In this document: one piece after another, positions 18,225 to 26,794 of the stretch
Layout: each line of letters opens with the position of its first letter
Position numbering within the stretch: position 1 is the stretch's first letter
DNA from: a virus
Lineage: Duplodnaviria; Caudoviricetes
DNA: 50,177 nt
IMG/VR virus record: IMGVR_UViG_3300023082_000250
Span: 1 to 50,177 of that record
Reading direction: 5' to 3' (one strand)
Translations under genes and position numbers: made by a program
The notes under the pieces: generated by a model
Told to the model about the DNA's origin: nothing
The model's database searches: none
What the model saw: the letters and a program-made list of their open reading frames with translations, nothing else

Positions 18225-18721
18225 AAATAGAAATCAATTCAGAAAGCAAAGCAAAGTTTTTTGCTCATTATTGGGGCTTCGAAAAAATAGGCAGCGACCT
18301 TTATGGAGAAATGATGCCTGATCCTTGGAGTGACTTCCCAAATTATATTAAAGACCAATATCTGATTTTAAAACCTTTTTCATCTGTAACTGATGAAGAA
18401 GCCGTTGAAGTTGCCAGAATAGCGCTATACGATCCAACAATTGAAGACTGGAATGCGGATGAGGTATGGACAGGTGAAGGAGATTTTATAGGGAGCAGAC
18501 ATTCACTTGAAGTAGGGATGAGATGTTGGCAAGGATTGCTGGCAATTGACGATCAATCCGGGCTAATTAGTTTGCATGATGAAGAAGGCGAGTGTCAAGA
18601 GATAAATAGCCTGATGTACATTGTAGATCATCTACGCTCAAAAGGTTATGCTCTTCCTTGGATGGGATTATCTGTTGATCAAATGGTTGAAGCCGGATGG
18701 ATTAAATTAAAGAATAGCTAA
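18221..18721 (+). CDS. Hypothetical protein
   Basis: LILKPFSSVTDEEA..DHLRSKGYALPW; ATGA overlap. Confidence 0.75.
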   Translation: MKIEINSESKAKFFAHYWGFEKIGSDLYGEMMPDPWSDFPNYIKDQYLILKPFSSVTDEEAVEVARIALYDPTIEDWNADEVWTGEGDFIGSRHSLEVGMRCWQGLLAIDDQSGLISLHDEEGECQEINSLMYIVDHLRSKGYALPWMGLSVDQMVEAGWIKLKNS

Positions 18722-18731
18722 TTGTAAAATC

Positions 18732-18902
18732 ATGGGGAAATACATAATTATAGCTCTCTGGATCCTGTGGACATACTTTGTCCTTCGTGATTTAAACTCG
18801 AAACGAGGGGATTATACAGAGTATAAATTTATCACCATTTGTTGGATCGCAATGCATCTTGCAGCATTGATCTGTTGGGCAATAATAAATTTCCAATCAT
18901 AA
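18732..18902 (+). CDS. 56-aa two-TM protein (absent from ORF track)
   Basis: MGKYIIIALWILWTYFVL...ICWAIINFQS fills the intergenic gap. Confidence 0.55.
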   Translation: MGKYIIIALWILWTYFVLRDLNSKRGDYTEYKFITICWIAMHLAALICWAIINFQS

Positions 18903-18919
18903 AATAATTATATTTGAGT

Positions 18920-19363
18920 ATGGAAGCGAAAGAACTACGTATCGGGAATTTGGTGTTAACCAAAACCGTAACCATGGATATGTATGGAACAGAATTTGGT
19001 CAGGTTGAAACCGAAGTAAAAGGGATAACTGCTACAGGAATAAATCCATACGTTTTTAAAGGGGCTTATGTTGCCGATATTCGAGATATGCATTCATTTG
19101 TCAATTTAAAACCAATTCCCCTTACAGAGGAATGGCTGATCAAGTTGGGGTTTCGGTTATCCAGAGACTGGTATGACTATCCGTTAAATTATAGCCTTGA
19201 GTATCACCCCAAAGAAAAGTTATTGGTTATCTGGCCGGAGGATTCACACGGAGGCGGGGACATGGACAGGGTAAATATTCCTTGTGAATTTGTTCATCAT
19301 CTTCAGAATATAATCCATGCCCTGACCGGTGAAGAATTAACCATTAAAGAACCTGTAAAATGA
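18920..19363 (+). CDS. Conserved phage hypothetical protein (ELRIGN..PIPLTEEWL..VHHLQN type)
   Basis: Recognisable motif set; ATG at 18920. Confidence 0.75.
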   Translation: MEAKELRIGNLVLTKTVTMDMYGTEFGQVETEVKGITATGINPYVFKGAYVADIRDMHSFVNLKPIPLTEEWLIKLGFRLSRDWYDYPLNYSLEYHPKEKLLVIWPEDSHGGGDMDRVNIPCEFVHHLQNIIHALTGEELTIKEPVK

Positions 19364-19692
19364 GAATAGTAAATTTAAAAGAATTTTTGACAATGCCCGA
19401 TGGAACGATTTTCTGTAAATTTGAGCCATCCGTATTTGATTCAATGTGCATTAAAATAGAATCGATATCACCGGTGGATTTCTATTATTGTTCGCTTATT
19501 GGCGAGATCGCCGGTTCAAGATATTCCGCTCTTGAGGAGCCAGAGTACCCGTCTTTCAGCTTTGACTTAAATGTAGTTCGCAGAGATGGATGCTTTGATG
19601 AGAATCAACTGTTTGCCGTTTATGAAGACAGTGATATTGAAAATTTAATATCTACGTTACAAAGGTCTTTAACCAGAAAACCTGCAGTATGA
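19360..19692 (+). CDS. Hypothetical protein
   Basis: 110-aa ORF, ATGA overlaps. Confidence 0.75.
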   Translation: MRIVNLKEFLTMPDGTIFCKFEPSVFDSMCIKIESISPVDFYYCSLIGEIAGSRYSALEEPEYPSFSFDLNVVRRDGCFDENQLFAVYEDSDIENLISTLQRSLTRKPAV

Positions 19693-19955
19693 ATTATACC
19701 GATCAAGAGGAATTCAGAAAAATAGACGGATACCGAGAAATAAAGGAATATGTATCTACAATTGGATTTGAAGAAAATTACTGGGGGTTCGGTAATAAGA
19801 ATCTTAGTATATACTTCAATGCCTCATTTAAACAATGGAGAATAAGAGATACAACCAATTATTCGGGAATGGATATTACCTCTATCAGCATCCCCTTGGA
19901 TGAATCTGAAAAACAGACAATATGGAGAATGTGTTCCCGTTTCTACGTTCAATAA
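19689..19955 (+). CDS. Hypothetical protein
   Basis: 88-aa ORF before terminator. Confidence 0.65.
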   Translation: MNYTDQEEFRKIDGYREIKEYVSTIGFEENYWGFGNKNLSIYFNASFKQWRIRDTTNYSGMDITSISIPLDESEKQTIWRMCSRFYVQ

Positions 19956-19982
19956 AGACCTGAGATTACCAGATCTGTTACC

Positions 19983-20009
19983 GGCCCTGCAGCAATGCGG
20001 GGCTTTTTT
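19983..20009 (+). terminator. Rho-independent terminator
   Basis: GCCCTGCA-GCAA-TGCGGGGC followed by T6. Confidence 0.85.
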
Positions 20010-20241
20010 ATGCGTCAACCAATTCCCCAACTGTCACACCTAATCCCCTGGCAACTATAACGACCATTGACAATGATGGATCGTTGGTGCCGAGTTCCAT
20101 ATTGGATATTTGCTTATAGTCAACGTCACATTTAGCGGCCAGCTCCGTCATTGTTAGGCCGAGCGCCATACGGTGCTTTCTGACATTACTGCCAAAACGA
20201 TTTATTGCATCGTCTTCCCGCTTATTCTTCTTTGTCGTCAT
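20008..20241 (-). CDS. Xre-family HTH transcriptional regulator
   Basis: FGSNVRKHRMALGLTMTELAAKCDVDYKQISNMELGTNDPSL. Confidence 0.9.
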   Translation of the reverse strand: MTTKKNKREDDAINRFGSNVRKHRMALGLTMTELAAKCDVDYKQISNMELGTNDPSLSMVVIVARGLGVTVGELVDA

Positions 20242-20278
20242 TGCGACTCCTAAAGAATAGAAAAAATTCGGTTAAGCA

Positions 20279-20296
20279 TATGAAATATATTTCATA
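20279..20296. promoter_or_regulatory. Perfect 18-bp palindromic operator between divergent genes
   Basis: TATGAAATATATTTCATA; extra half-site TATGAAATAT at 20313-20322. Confidence 0.7.
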
Positions 20297-20320
20297 ATTT
20301 TAATTCACCAAATATGAAAT

Positions 20321-20665
20321 ATGAGTAATTATACTATAAAAGTTAAGCGACTGGAAAAGCCCCTGTCTAAATGGATACTGTGTTTTTTAGCTGATTCAGA
20401 GATTGATATTAACAATATTGATCCGAGACATTACCTGCGTGAAGGCTTATTTTGGATATTTATTAAGCCACGATTGGACCAGTTAATGGAAGAATTTGGT
20501 GACGTAACAAAAGTGATTGATTACGAAAGGGGACGATTTAGGCGAACATACCTGTCCAGGATAATCGAAATAGGCAAAGAAGGCCGTAGAATGCAAGCTG
20601 GTAAAATGATCGTGACTGTGGAGCGGTTCATTCACGATACCATTACACAAGCTTATGCATCATGA
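20321..20665 (+). CDS. Hypothetical protein divergent from the Xre regulator
   Basis: 114-aa ORF. Confidence 0.6.
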   Translation: MSNYTIKVKRLEKPLSKWILCFLADSEIDINNIDPRHYLREGLFWIFIKPRLDQLMEEFGDVTKVIDYERGRFRRTYLSRIIEIGKEGRRMQAGKMIVTVERFIHDTITQAYAS

Positions 20666-20880
20666 CTTTCTATCGCCCTGCCTATCATAGCCACAATGTA
20701 AGGATCTATGTTATCGTTTGATTTCCATTCTATAAACGCATCTTCCGTATCAGGATAAACTTCCCCATGATATTTGCCATCAATCGACAGCTGGTAAGCG
20801 CTGATCTCGTCCCGCTCCCTGATCGGCAGTACTTGAATCGATATTCCATCAGCCAGGGTGATTGTAAATTTCTCTTCCAT
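20653..20880 (-). CDS. Small acidic hypothetical protein
   Basis: 75-aa ORF, 1 nt downstream of 20882..21217. Confidence 0.7.
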   Translation of the reverse strand: MEEKFTITLADGISIQVLPIRERDEISAYQLSIDGKYHGEVYPDTEDAFIEWKSNDNIDPYIVAMIGRAIESHDA

Positions 20881-20881
20881 A

Positions 20882-21217
20882 TTATTTTGTTTTATCCTGG
20901 TAATGTTTCACAACCATTTTTGAGAACTCAGCTAATCTATCCAAGTCCCCCTGTATATCGGATCTAAATTTCTCTACTCTATCGTTGATCTGCTTATGGG
21001 CAGCATTGATACCTGCGATAGGATCTCGTACACTCAGTTCTTCAAGTAGGCCGGTAACCTGGTTATGCCTTAAATCAGTGCCCTCGTACTCCTTTTTAAA
21101 CTGCTCCGGGGTAAACCACCGCCTCTGCTCTTTGTGATAAATCAGGCATTTATTCCTTATAGCCTCCTTGTAAATGTGAGACAGCCGGTAAAATCCTGCT
21201 TTAGGGTCGAAGTCCAT
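20882..21217 (-). CDS. Hypothetical protein
   Basis: 111 aa; RWFTPEQF..VRDP; C-terminal coiled coil. Confidence 0.75.
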   Translation of the reverse strand: MDFDPKAGFYRLSHIYKEAIRNKCLIYHKEQRRWFTPEQFKKEYEGTDLRHNQVTGLLEELSVRDPIAGINAAHKQINDRVEKFRSDIQGDLDRLAEFSKMVVKHYQDKTK

Positions 21218-21227
21218 TTTGCAATTA

Positions 21228-21244
21228 TACTAAAATAATTAGTA
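21228..21244. promoter_or_regulatory. TACTAA-N5-TTAGTA palindromic operator candidate
   Basis: TACTAAAATAATTAGTA, 10 nt upstream of the minus-strand start codon. Confidence 0.55.
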
Positions 21245-21275
21245 AAACAATACAAATGTCTTTAGTAAAAAATAT

Positions 21276-21317
21276 TATGCATGAAGGTAAACTTATGCAT
21301 AATTGTGTTTATCTTTG
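21276..21317 (+). promoter_or_regulatory. Tandem TATGCATA operator copy 4 with -7 element
   Basis: TATGCATGAAGGTAAACTTATGCATAAT then TATCTTTG at 21310-21317. Confidence 0.75.
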
Positions 21318-21323
21318 AATTGT

Positions 21324-21782
21324 ATGAGAGAATACAGTGCAGCATTGGTTATCGACATCTTTCGTAAAGAGTATCCTGAAATCGAATCCAGTATCAGGCA
21401 GAGGCTTGATGACGACTTACCACAAAGATTGCAGGACCTTAATTTCATACCTGAAATCATCAGTTCTTTTAAATCGATCAAGGGCATATCTGGGAACAAC
21501 TGGACAAACAAATCTGGCACAAGGGTAATCAGTGAAAACCGTGAGTTGATCATGGCTGTGATCTTACTACTATACCAACCTGAGAAGATCATGCGGATCA
21601 GCGATCTCAGACTGAAACGATTTATTCTGAGTAAGGTGTCCGCTGAACTGGGATGCTCCCGGGACGTGCTAAAGATGAGCCTTGCCGGTATTATAGTAGC
21701 ATTCAGGGCATATAAAGAATTCAGGGAAGAGACCTACAGGATTTATGAGCTGATCAAGGAGAAACATCAATTTTTTAAATAA
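21324..21782 (+). CDS. Putative late transcriptional regulator (HTH-like C-terminus)
   Basis: Sits just before packaging genes; LSKVSAELGCSRDVLK HTH-like segment; ATG 21324 directly after the -7 box. Confidence 0.5.
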   Translation: MREYSAALVIDIFRKEYPEIESSIRQRLDDDLPQRLQDLNFIPEIISSFKSIKGISGNNWTNKSGTRVISENRELIMAVILLLYQPEKIMRISDLRLKRFILSKVSAELGCSRDVLKMSLAGIIVAFRAYKEFREETYRIYELIKEKHQFFK

Positions 21783-21783
21783 T

Positions 21784-21975
21784 ATGGCAAAGAAAAGCAA
21801 ATACCCTGCAGACAGGGCAAAAACCAGTGAGGCTTTCATTAATGGCCTCGTGAGCGTTGGTATCTACCACACCAATCCGAAACTGGTCATTGAGATTCCC
21901 GGTACTTATTCAGAAGCCGCCGTCAATGACGTACAGAACGCTGTCGATGAGGTGTTAAAAAATCACGGTCACTAA
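21784..21975 (+). CDS. Hypothetical protein
   Basis: 63-aa ORF in operon. Confidence 0.65.
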   Translation: MAKKSKYPADRAKTSEAFINGLVSVGIYHTNPKLVIEIPGTYSEAAVNDVQNAVDEVLKNHGH

Positions 21976-22112
21976 TGAAAGGGCATTTCATAGCGCTGGG
22001 TATAGGCATTAACCAGTTTATCATGGAATATTTCTTTATTCAACCTAAAGAGGTGCCGGTTAAATATGAACAGACCTGCAGCCGAAAGAAGGGCAGGGGA
22101 TTTATAAAATAA
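21975..22112 (+). CDS. Possible 45-aa protein (absent from ORF track)
   Basis: TAATG overlap; ends 2 nt before the tRNA-like element. Confidence 0.4.
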   Translation: MKGHFIALGIGINQFIMEYFFIQPKEVPVKYEQTCSRKKGRGFIK

Positions 22113-22114
22113 AT

Positions 22115-22252
22115 AGACTGGTGGCGGAATGGTAGACGCTGGCCGTGGGAGCATAGGATAGGTGAAAGGCCTATAGGGAAGATGGGTTGAAAAGTAATCA
22201 CACATAAAGGCCCACGGTTTCCATCATTCAGGTTCGACTCCTGGCAGGTCTA
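22115..22252 (+). ncRNA. tRNA-like RNA with a ~60-nt domain replacing the anticodon loop
   Basis: Acceptor AGACTGG/CAGGTCT+A; class II-type D arm TGGCGGAATGGTAGACGC; T arm TCAGG-TTCGACT-CCTGG; 9-bp stem GGCCGTGGG/CCCACGGTT. Confidence 0.75.
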
Positions 22253-22501
22253 CTGCGTTTGTCTGTTTCAACTGCAATAAATGGAAACAGGATTTATATG
22301 ATTGTGTGCTTAAATATCGGAGGAGTAGGGCAAAATAAACCCGAGCCGAAAGTTCCCGAGCAATCATTTAAAAAAGATTAAAGTCCTGTAGCGATCGGGA
22401 ATCCAGCTGCTCAGGCATAGCATAAAAACCCAGATGACAATACCGGATTTAATGGCCGGTCGAAACAATGACGATAACCCCGGGCACGAGTCCCGGGGTT
22501 T
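22253..22501 (+). ncRNA. Candidate structured non-coding RNA or late-operon leader
   Basis: Several nested stems, a possible pseudoknot and a terminal 9-bp hairpin (22476-22500); no credible + strand ORF. Confidence 0.45.
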
Positions 22502-22516
22502 AATAGGTAAAAGACG

Positions 22517-23020
22517 ATGGCAAAATCTAAAGCTAAACCAATACAGGTACCACCGGGAACGAAAGGAGTGATCAAGCGCATGGAGAAATCTATGAAAGAC
22601 AAGAAGGAAGCGTTCCTAAAAAAATGCAATGCAGATCCAGATTTCAAGGAGTTTGAGAAAAAGAAGAAGATCGTCCTGTATGCGGTTAAGTTATGTCGTG
22701 GCCATATCACCAATGCATGTAGAATGGTGAACATCACCAGAAAGACATTTCATAACTACTGCAATCAGGATCCTGATTTTGAAGAAGCATTTCTGAACAT
22801 AAAACTGGGCATGTTAGATCATGTGGTAGGTAAACTGTTTGAACGTATTGATGCCGGCAGTGATTCAAGTATTCAGTTCTACTTGGATAGGCAAGGTAAG
22901 GATCAGGGGTGGGGCAATTCACTTAAAGTGGATGGCAAGATGAACAATATCAACTACAATGTGCCTGTAACCCCTGAAGAGGTGAAGGAGATTGCCAAAG
23001 CGTTAGAGGAAAAGTATTAA
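22517..23020 (+). CDS. terS: Terminase small subunit
   Basis: HTH GHITNACRMVNITRKTFHNYCNQDPDF; immediately upstream of terL. Confidence 0.8.
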   Translation: MAKSKAKPIQVPPGTKGVIKRMEKSMKDKKEAFLKKCNADPDFKEFEKKKKIVLYAVKLCRGHITNACRMVNITRKTFHNYCNQDPDFEEAFLNIKLGMLDHVVGKLFERIDAGSDSSIQFYLDRQGKDQGWGNSLKVDGKMNNINYNVPVTPEEVKEIAKALEEKY

Positions 23021-23023
23021 ACG

Positions 23024-24583
23024 ATGCTCACCCAGGAAGAAATAAAAGAAATCAAAGTGGCTACTGTAAAAAGTAAGTCAGAACTTTTGTTTCAAACGAG
23101 GTACCTGTTTAAGAAATCCCAAAACAGGAAGTTCGTGATCGGTGAGCACCACAAGCAGATCTGTGAAGTTCTGGAAGCCGTTCTTAGATGTGAGTTAGTA
23201 AAGGTGATGATCAACATTGCGCCCAGGTACGGTAAAACTGAACTGGCTGTAAAAAACTTTGTTGCACATGCACTGGCCCTAAATGCATCAGCAAGTTTTA
23301 TCCATCTGTCTTACTCAGACGATTTGGCGCTGGATAATTCTGAAGCTATCCGCGATATGGTAGAATCAGAAGCCTATCAGCAGATGTTCCCACATGTGCA
23401 AATTAAGCAGGATTCTGATGCGAAAAAGAAATGGTACACCACTGAAGGTGGCGGAGTATATGCCAGGGCCGCCGGAGGACAGGTTACTGGTTTCGGTGCT
23501 GGTAAGGTAGATGAGGAGCTCAGTGACGCAGAGAAGGAAGAGGAAGCAGCATTCATGGTGGAGTTGGATGGTATTCTTTCTGATCTGGATATTAAGTCAG
23601 GTTTCAACGGTGCCCTGATCATAGATGACCCGATCAAGCCGGACGATGCTGATTCAGAAACGATCAGGGAAAGGATTAACAATCGTTTTGATTCCACTAT
23701 CCGGAACAGGGTAAACAGTAGAAATACGCCGATCATTATCATTATGCAGCGCCTGCATGAAAATGACTTATGTGGGTACCTGATGGCCAATGAGGCATAT
23801 ACCTACGATCTGGAAGAGGCGAAAGCTGATAAAACTAAATGGTACGTTCTGAGTATTCCTGTCATTCAAAATTACGGTGAGGAAAATGAGCATGCCCTAT
23901 GGCCATTCAAACATACGCTGGAGGAGCTGAAGGAAATGGAAGAAAAGCGCCCGATAGTATTCGGCCGGCAATACATGATGAATCCACAGCCGAAAGAAGG
24001 GTATTTGTACAAAACGTTTAAAGAGTACACTCCTGGGTTTCTGCCTTACTCATCAAAGAAGATCCGAAAAGCATACATCGATACAGCTGATACCGGTACC
24101 GATTACTTATGCTCAATTACCTATGATGAGCTTGATACCGGCATATTCGTCACAGATGTGGTATATACGCAAGAAGCTATGGAAACGACTGAGCCGATGG
24201 TAGCGCAGCAGCTTGCTCGGGAGGAAGTTGAACGGGCATTATTTGAGAGTAACAACGGGGGGAGGGGATTTGCCCGCAATGTGGAACGTGACTTAAGGCT
24301 AACAGGTAATACAAAAACAGTGATCGAGTGGTTTCACCAGGTGAATAACAAGGATGTTCGTATTTATACGAAATCAGCCGATGTCAATAACATGATTCAC
24401 TTTCCTGTAGGATGGCAAACCAAGTGGCCGAAGTTCTACAAGTCGGTTAAAAACTATAAAGCAGCTGGCAAGAATGCTAATGATGATGCAGAAGATTGTT
24501 TGACCGGAGCTGTGGAGGATTTTGGAAACTACGTACCATCAATGCTGCAGGGATTAACTAAAGAAGATTTAGGAGTTTATTAA
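23024..24583 (+). CDS. terL: Terminase large subunit
   Basis: Walker A APRYGKT, Walker B IIDDP, MQRLH, QYMMNP, nuclease DTAD..D and NDDAED. Confidence 0.95.
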   Translation: MLTQEEIKEIKVATVKSKSELLFQTRYLFKKSQNRKFVIGEHHKQICEVLEAVLRCELVKVMINIAPRYGKTELAVKNFVAHALALNASASFIHLSYSDDLALDNSEAIRDMVESEAYQQMFPHVQIKQDSDAKKKWYTTEGGGVYARAAGGQVTGFGAGKVDEELSDAEKEEEAAFMVELDGILSDLDIKSGFNGALIIDDPIKPDDADSETIRERINNRFDSTIRNRVNSRNTPIIIIMQRLHENDLCGYLMANEAYTYDLEEAKADKTKWYVLSIPVIQNYGEENEHALWPFKHTLEELKEMEEKRPIVFGRQYMMNPQPKEGYLYKTFKEYTPGFLPYSSKKIRKAYIDTADTGTDYLCSITYDELDTGIFVTDVVYTQEAMETTEPMVAQQLAREEVERALFESNNGGRGFARNVERDLRLTGNTKTVIEWFHQVNNKDVRIYTKSADVNNMIHFPVGWQTKWPKFYKSVKNYKAAGKNANDDAEDCLTGAVEDFGNYVPSMLQGLTKEDLGVY

Positions 24584-24592
24584 AATACAGAT

Positions 24593-25030
24593 ATGAATTT
24601 ACAAGAATTAATCGGGGCAGAACTGAAAACAAACATTGTTGAGGCCCGTAAAAATCCAAAGTACAAGGATCCTGCAACCAGTTTGCGAGATGCAAAGATT
24701 GTGTCTATTGCAGATGTGATCAGGATAGCCGAAAAATGGGCAGAAATGTCCGTTGCTGATATTGTGCCTGAAGTGAAGCAACTTACAGTTGAGGAATCCC
24801 GCGAATGGAAAGGTATGGATATTGAACCTGATGATGTAGGTGTTTACGATGTGTTCAATGATTATGTTGGAATCCAATTCCCTATAGAACGCGCTTACTG
24901 GGATGGTACCATGTTTCGGCCGATCAACGATCATGGCCAAATTTTGAGTAACGACGGGTTTCTTAGCTTAAAGTGCTGGACTGAACAAATGCCACACCCA
25001 GTATTGGAAGAAATCACCGACAATCAATAA
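24593..25030 (+). CDS. Hypothetical protein between terL and portal
   Basis: 145-aa ORF. Confidence 0.7.
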   Translation: MNLQELIGAELKTNIVEARKNPKYKDPATSLRDAKIVSIADVIRIAEKWAEMSVADIVPEVKQLTVEESREWKGMDIEPDDVGVYDVFNDYVGIQFPIERAYWDGTMFRPINDHGQILSNDGFLSLKCWTEQMPHPVLEEITDNQ

Positions 25031-25033
25031 GCC

Positions 25034-25357
25034 ATGAGAGGATTCAGATTAAAACCGACTTTACAGGCAATGGATTTTGCTGTCATCCTGCCGAAGGACA
25101 TTGAGTATATCTGTACCACTCAGGTGTTAGATAAGATCATATGCAGCAGAAAAGGAATTGACTGGAATCAGGAGATCGCAGACAAACTGGAAGAAGATGT
25201 GAAGCATTACTTCGTAGTCAAAAAGAACTACGATTACAATGTAGTGTCCAGCGTTATTCTGGACGAGTATCTGGAACGCAATACCATCACACTTCCTATG
25301 GCCAAATCCGACAAGGCGAAGAAGTGCATTGAACATTATATAAAAGCTTTGAGATGA
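25034..25357 (+). CDS. Hypothetical protein
   Basis: 107-aa ORF, ATGA overlap with portal. Confidence 0.7.
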   Translation: MRGFRLKPTLQAMDFAVILPKDIEYICTTQVLDKIICSRKGIDWNQEIADKLEEDVKHYFVVKKNYDYNVVSSVILDEYLERNTITLPMAKSDKAKKCIEHYIKALR

Positions 25358-26745
25358 GCATAATCAGCAAAATTAAAAACCTATTAGGGATGGAGGAAGA
25401 AGACAAAGACCTGGTAACTCTGCTTATCGAGGGTTCAATTGAAAAGGCAAAGCAGCAATTTAGTAGCAGAACAGATCTGGTCGACAAATGCTTGAAGCAA
25501 TGGAATGCCAGTGAACATAAGGTTATGGATCAGCAATCCAAAAAGCTCATTAAAGGCGAAATCGTTGAGAACTGGAAGTTGCCTATTGCGTATCAGCGTA
25601 AAATCGTTGGGATGGCTGTTGCATTTCTTTATGGTGAACCTATAAAGCTAAAACAGGATAGTAAGGATACTGATGATGCCTTTGCATTGTTGGAAAGCCT
25701 GCGAAAGGATATGCGGATGGCAGCCAAGGATCAGGAGTGTGCGAAAATACAGATGTCCGAAACTGAAGTTGCCAAATTATTCGTCGCATACCGCGATGTT
25801 GATGCAGACCCGGAGGATACATCAGTTTACAACAGCATGAAATGTATTATACTTGCCAAATCAAAAGGTGATATTGTACATTATCAGTTTGACCATTACG
25901 GTGTTTTAAAAGCTGTCGGCCGGGAATATAAAATTAAATCCAATAAAAGGGATATTGATCATTTTGATGTATATACGGCTGAAACATATTTTTTCTGTGA
26001 AAAGATAAACGGCAATTGGGTTACCAGAACAGAAGACAATCTCATCGGAAAGATACCCATAGTCCTTAAGCAACAGGATGAGTCTGAGTCCCAGGTGGTA
26101 GAAGAGGTGATCGAAAGGAGGGAGTTCCTTACCTCTGATCGGGCAAATGCAAATCAGCGCTCAGGTGATCCCATCCTTGTGCTGGAAGGTGAGCCTGTCA
26201 GTCTTCCGGGAGCGAAAGAGGTTGGGAAGGTCATTGTCTTGAAACAAGGATCAAAAGCCTCATACCTGGTGCCACAAATGTCTGTAGATATGGTGAAGGA
26301 TGAAAAGGAAGATTTGAAGGAGATCATCAGCTATATTACCGATACTCCCGACCTGAGCATGGACAAAATGACCAGCATGGGACTGACTTCCGGCAAAGCA
26401 ATTGAAATGGCATTCTTGGGACCTACCCTAAAGGCAAAAAGCAAACGCGGCTATGAGTCCGAAATGATTGATAGGGAAATCAATATTATCAAGGCCTTCA
26501 TGACTAAGGTCATAGATAAGAGTAGCAAGATGGCTGAACAGGTGAAAAAGTTAAAGGTCAGTGTTGAGTTTGGCAGTCCTCTTCCGGATAATGCAGAGGA
26601 CTTCATTACTACCTTGGTTGATGCTGTTGGTGGCAAGCCTATCATGAGCCAGAAGACTGCAGTCGAATTGAACCCACTTGTTAAGGACGCGGATGCTGAA
26701 AATTTACAGCTACAAAACGAGTCAATTTCCGCAATTGAAGATTAA
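25354..26745 (+). CDS. Portal protein (SPP1 gp6-like)
   Basis: IVGMAVAFLYGEPI, NLIGKIPIV, TPDLS..SGKAI, MSQKTAVELNPLVKD; size and synteny. Confidence 0.9.
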   Translation: MSIISKIKNLLGMEEEDKDLVTLLIEGSIEKAKQQFSSRTDLVDKCLKQWNASEHKVMDQQSKKLIKGEIVENWKLPIAYQRKIVGMAVAFLYGEPIKLKQDSKDTDDAFALLESLRKDMRMAAKDQECAKIQMSETEVAKLFVAYRDVDADPEDTSVYNSMKCIILAKSKGDIVHYQFDHYGVLKAVGREYKIKSNKRDIDHFDVYTAETYFFCEKINGNWVTRTEDNLIGKIPIVLKQQDESESQVVEEVIERREFLTSDRANANQRSGDPILVLEGEPVSLPGAKEVGKVIVLKQGSKASYLVPQMSVDMVKDEKEDLKEIISYITDTPDLSMDKMTSMGLTSGKAIEMAFLGPTLKAKSKRGYESEMIDREINIIKAFMTKVIDKSSKMAEQVKKLKVSVEFGSPLPDNAEDFITTLVDAVGGKPIMSQKTAVELNPLVKDADAENLQLQNESISAIED

Positions 26746-26748
26746 TAA

Positions 26749-26790
26749 TATGCATAAAGACAAATAATCGCATAAATGTATTTATCTTTG
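26749..26790 (+). promoter_or_regulatory. Tandem TATGCATA operator copy 5 with -7 element
   Basis: TATGCATAAAGACAAATAATCGCATAAA then TATCTTTG at 26783-26790. Confidence 0.75.
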
Positions 26791-26794
26791 GTTT

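Noticed and set aside
20008-20241. CI-type master repressor
   Set aside because: Only 77 aa, no S24 peptidase domain, and not located in a lysis-lysogeny switch region
22072-22251. AGACCTGC (22072-22079) pairing with the tRNA-like 3' end GCAGGTCT
   Set aside because: Only 8 bp and inside a probable small ORF; could be chance
22115-22252. Canonical tRNA, tmRNA or group I intron-containing tRNA
   Set aside because: No 7-nt anticodon loop, no G3-U70 pair or tag reading frame, and the insert is too short for a self-splicing intron
22255-22475. Hammerhead ribozyme (CAGATGA 22431-22437, stem 22442-22460, CGAAAC, upstream TTGTC)
   Set aside because: Core reads CAGAUGA rather than CUGANGA, extra bases precede stem II, and stem I lacks its first pair; only a cleavage assay could rescue it
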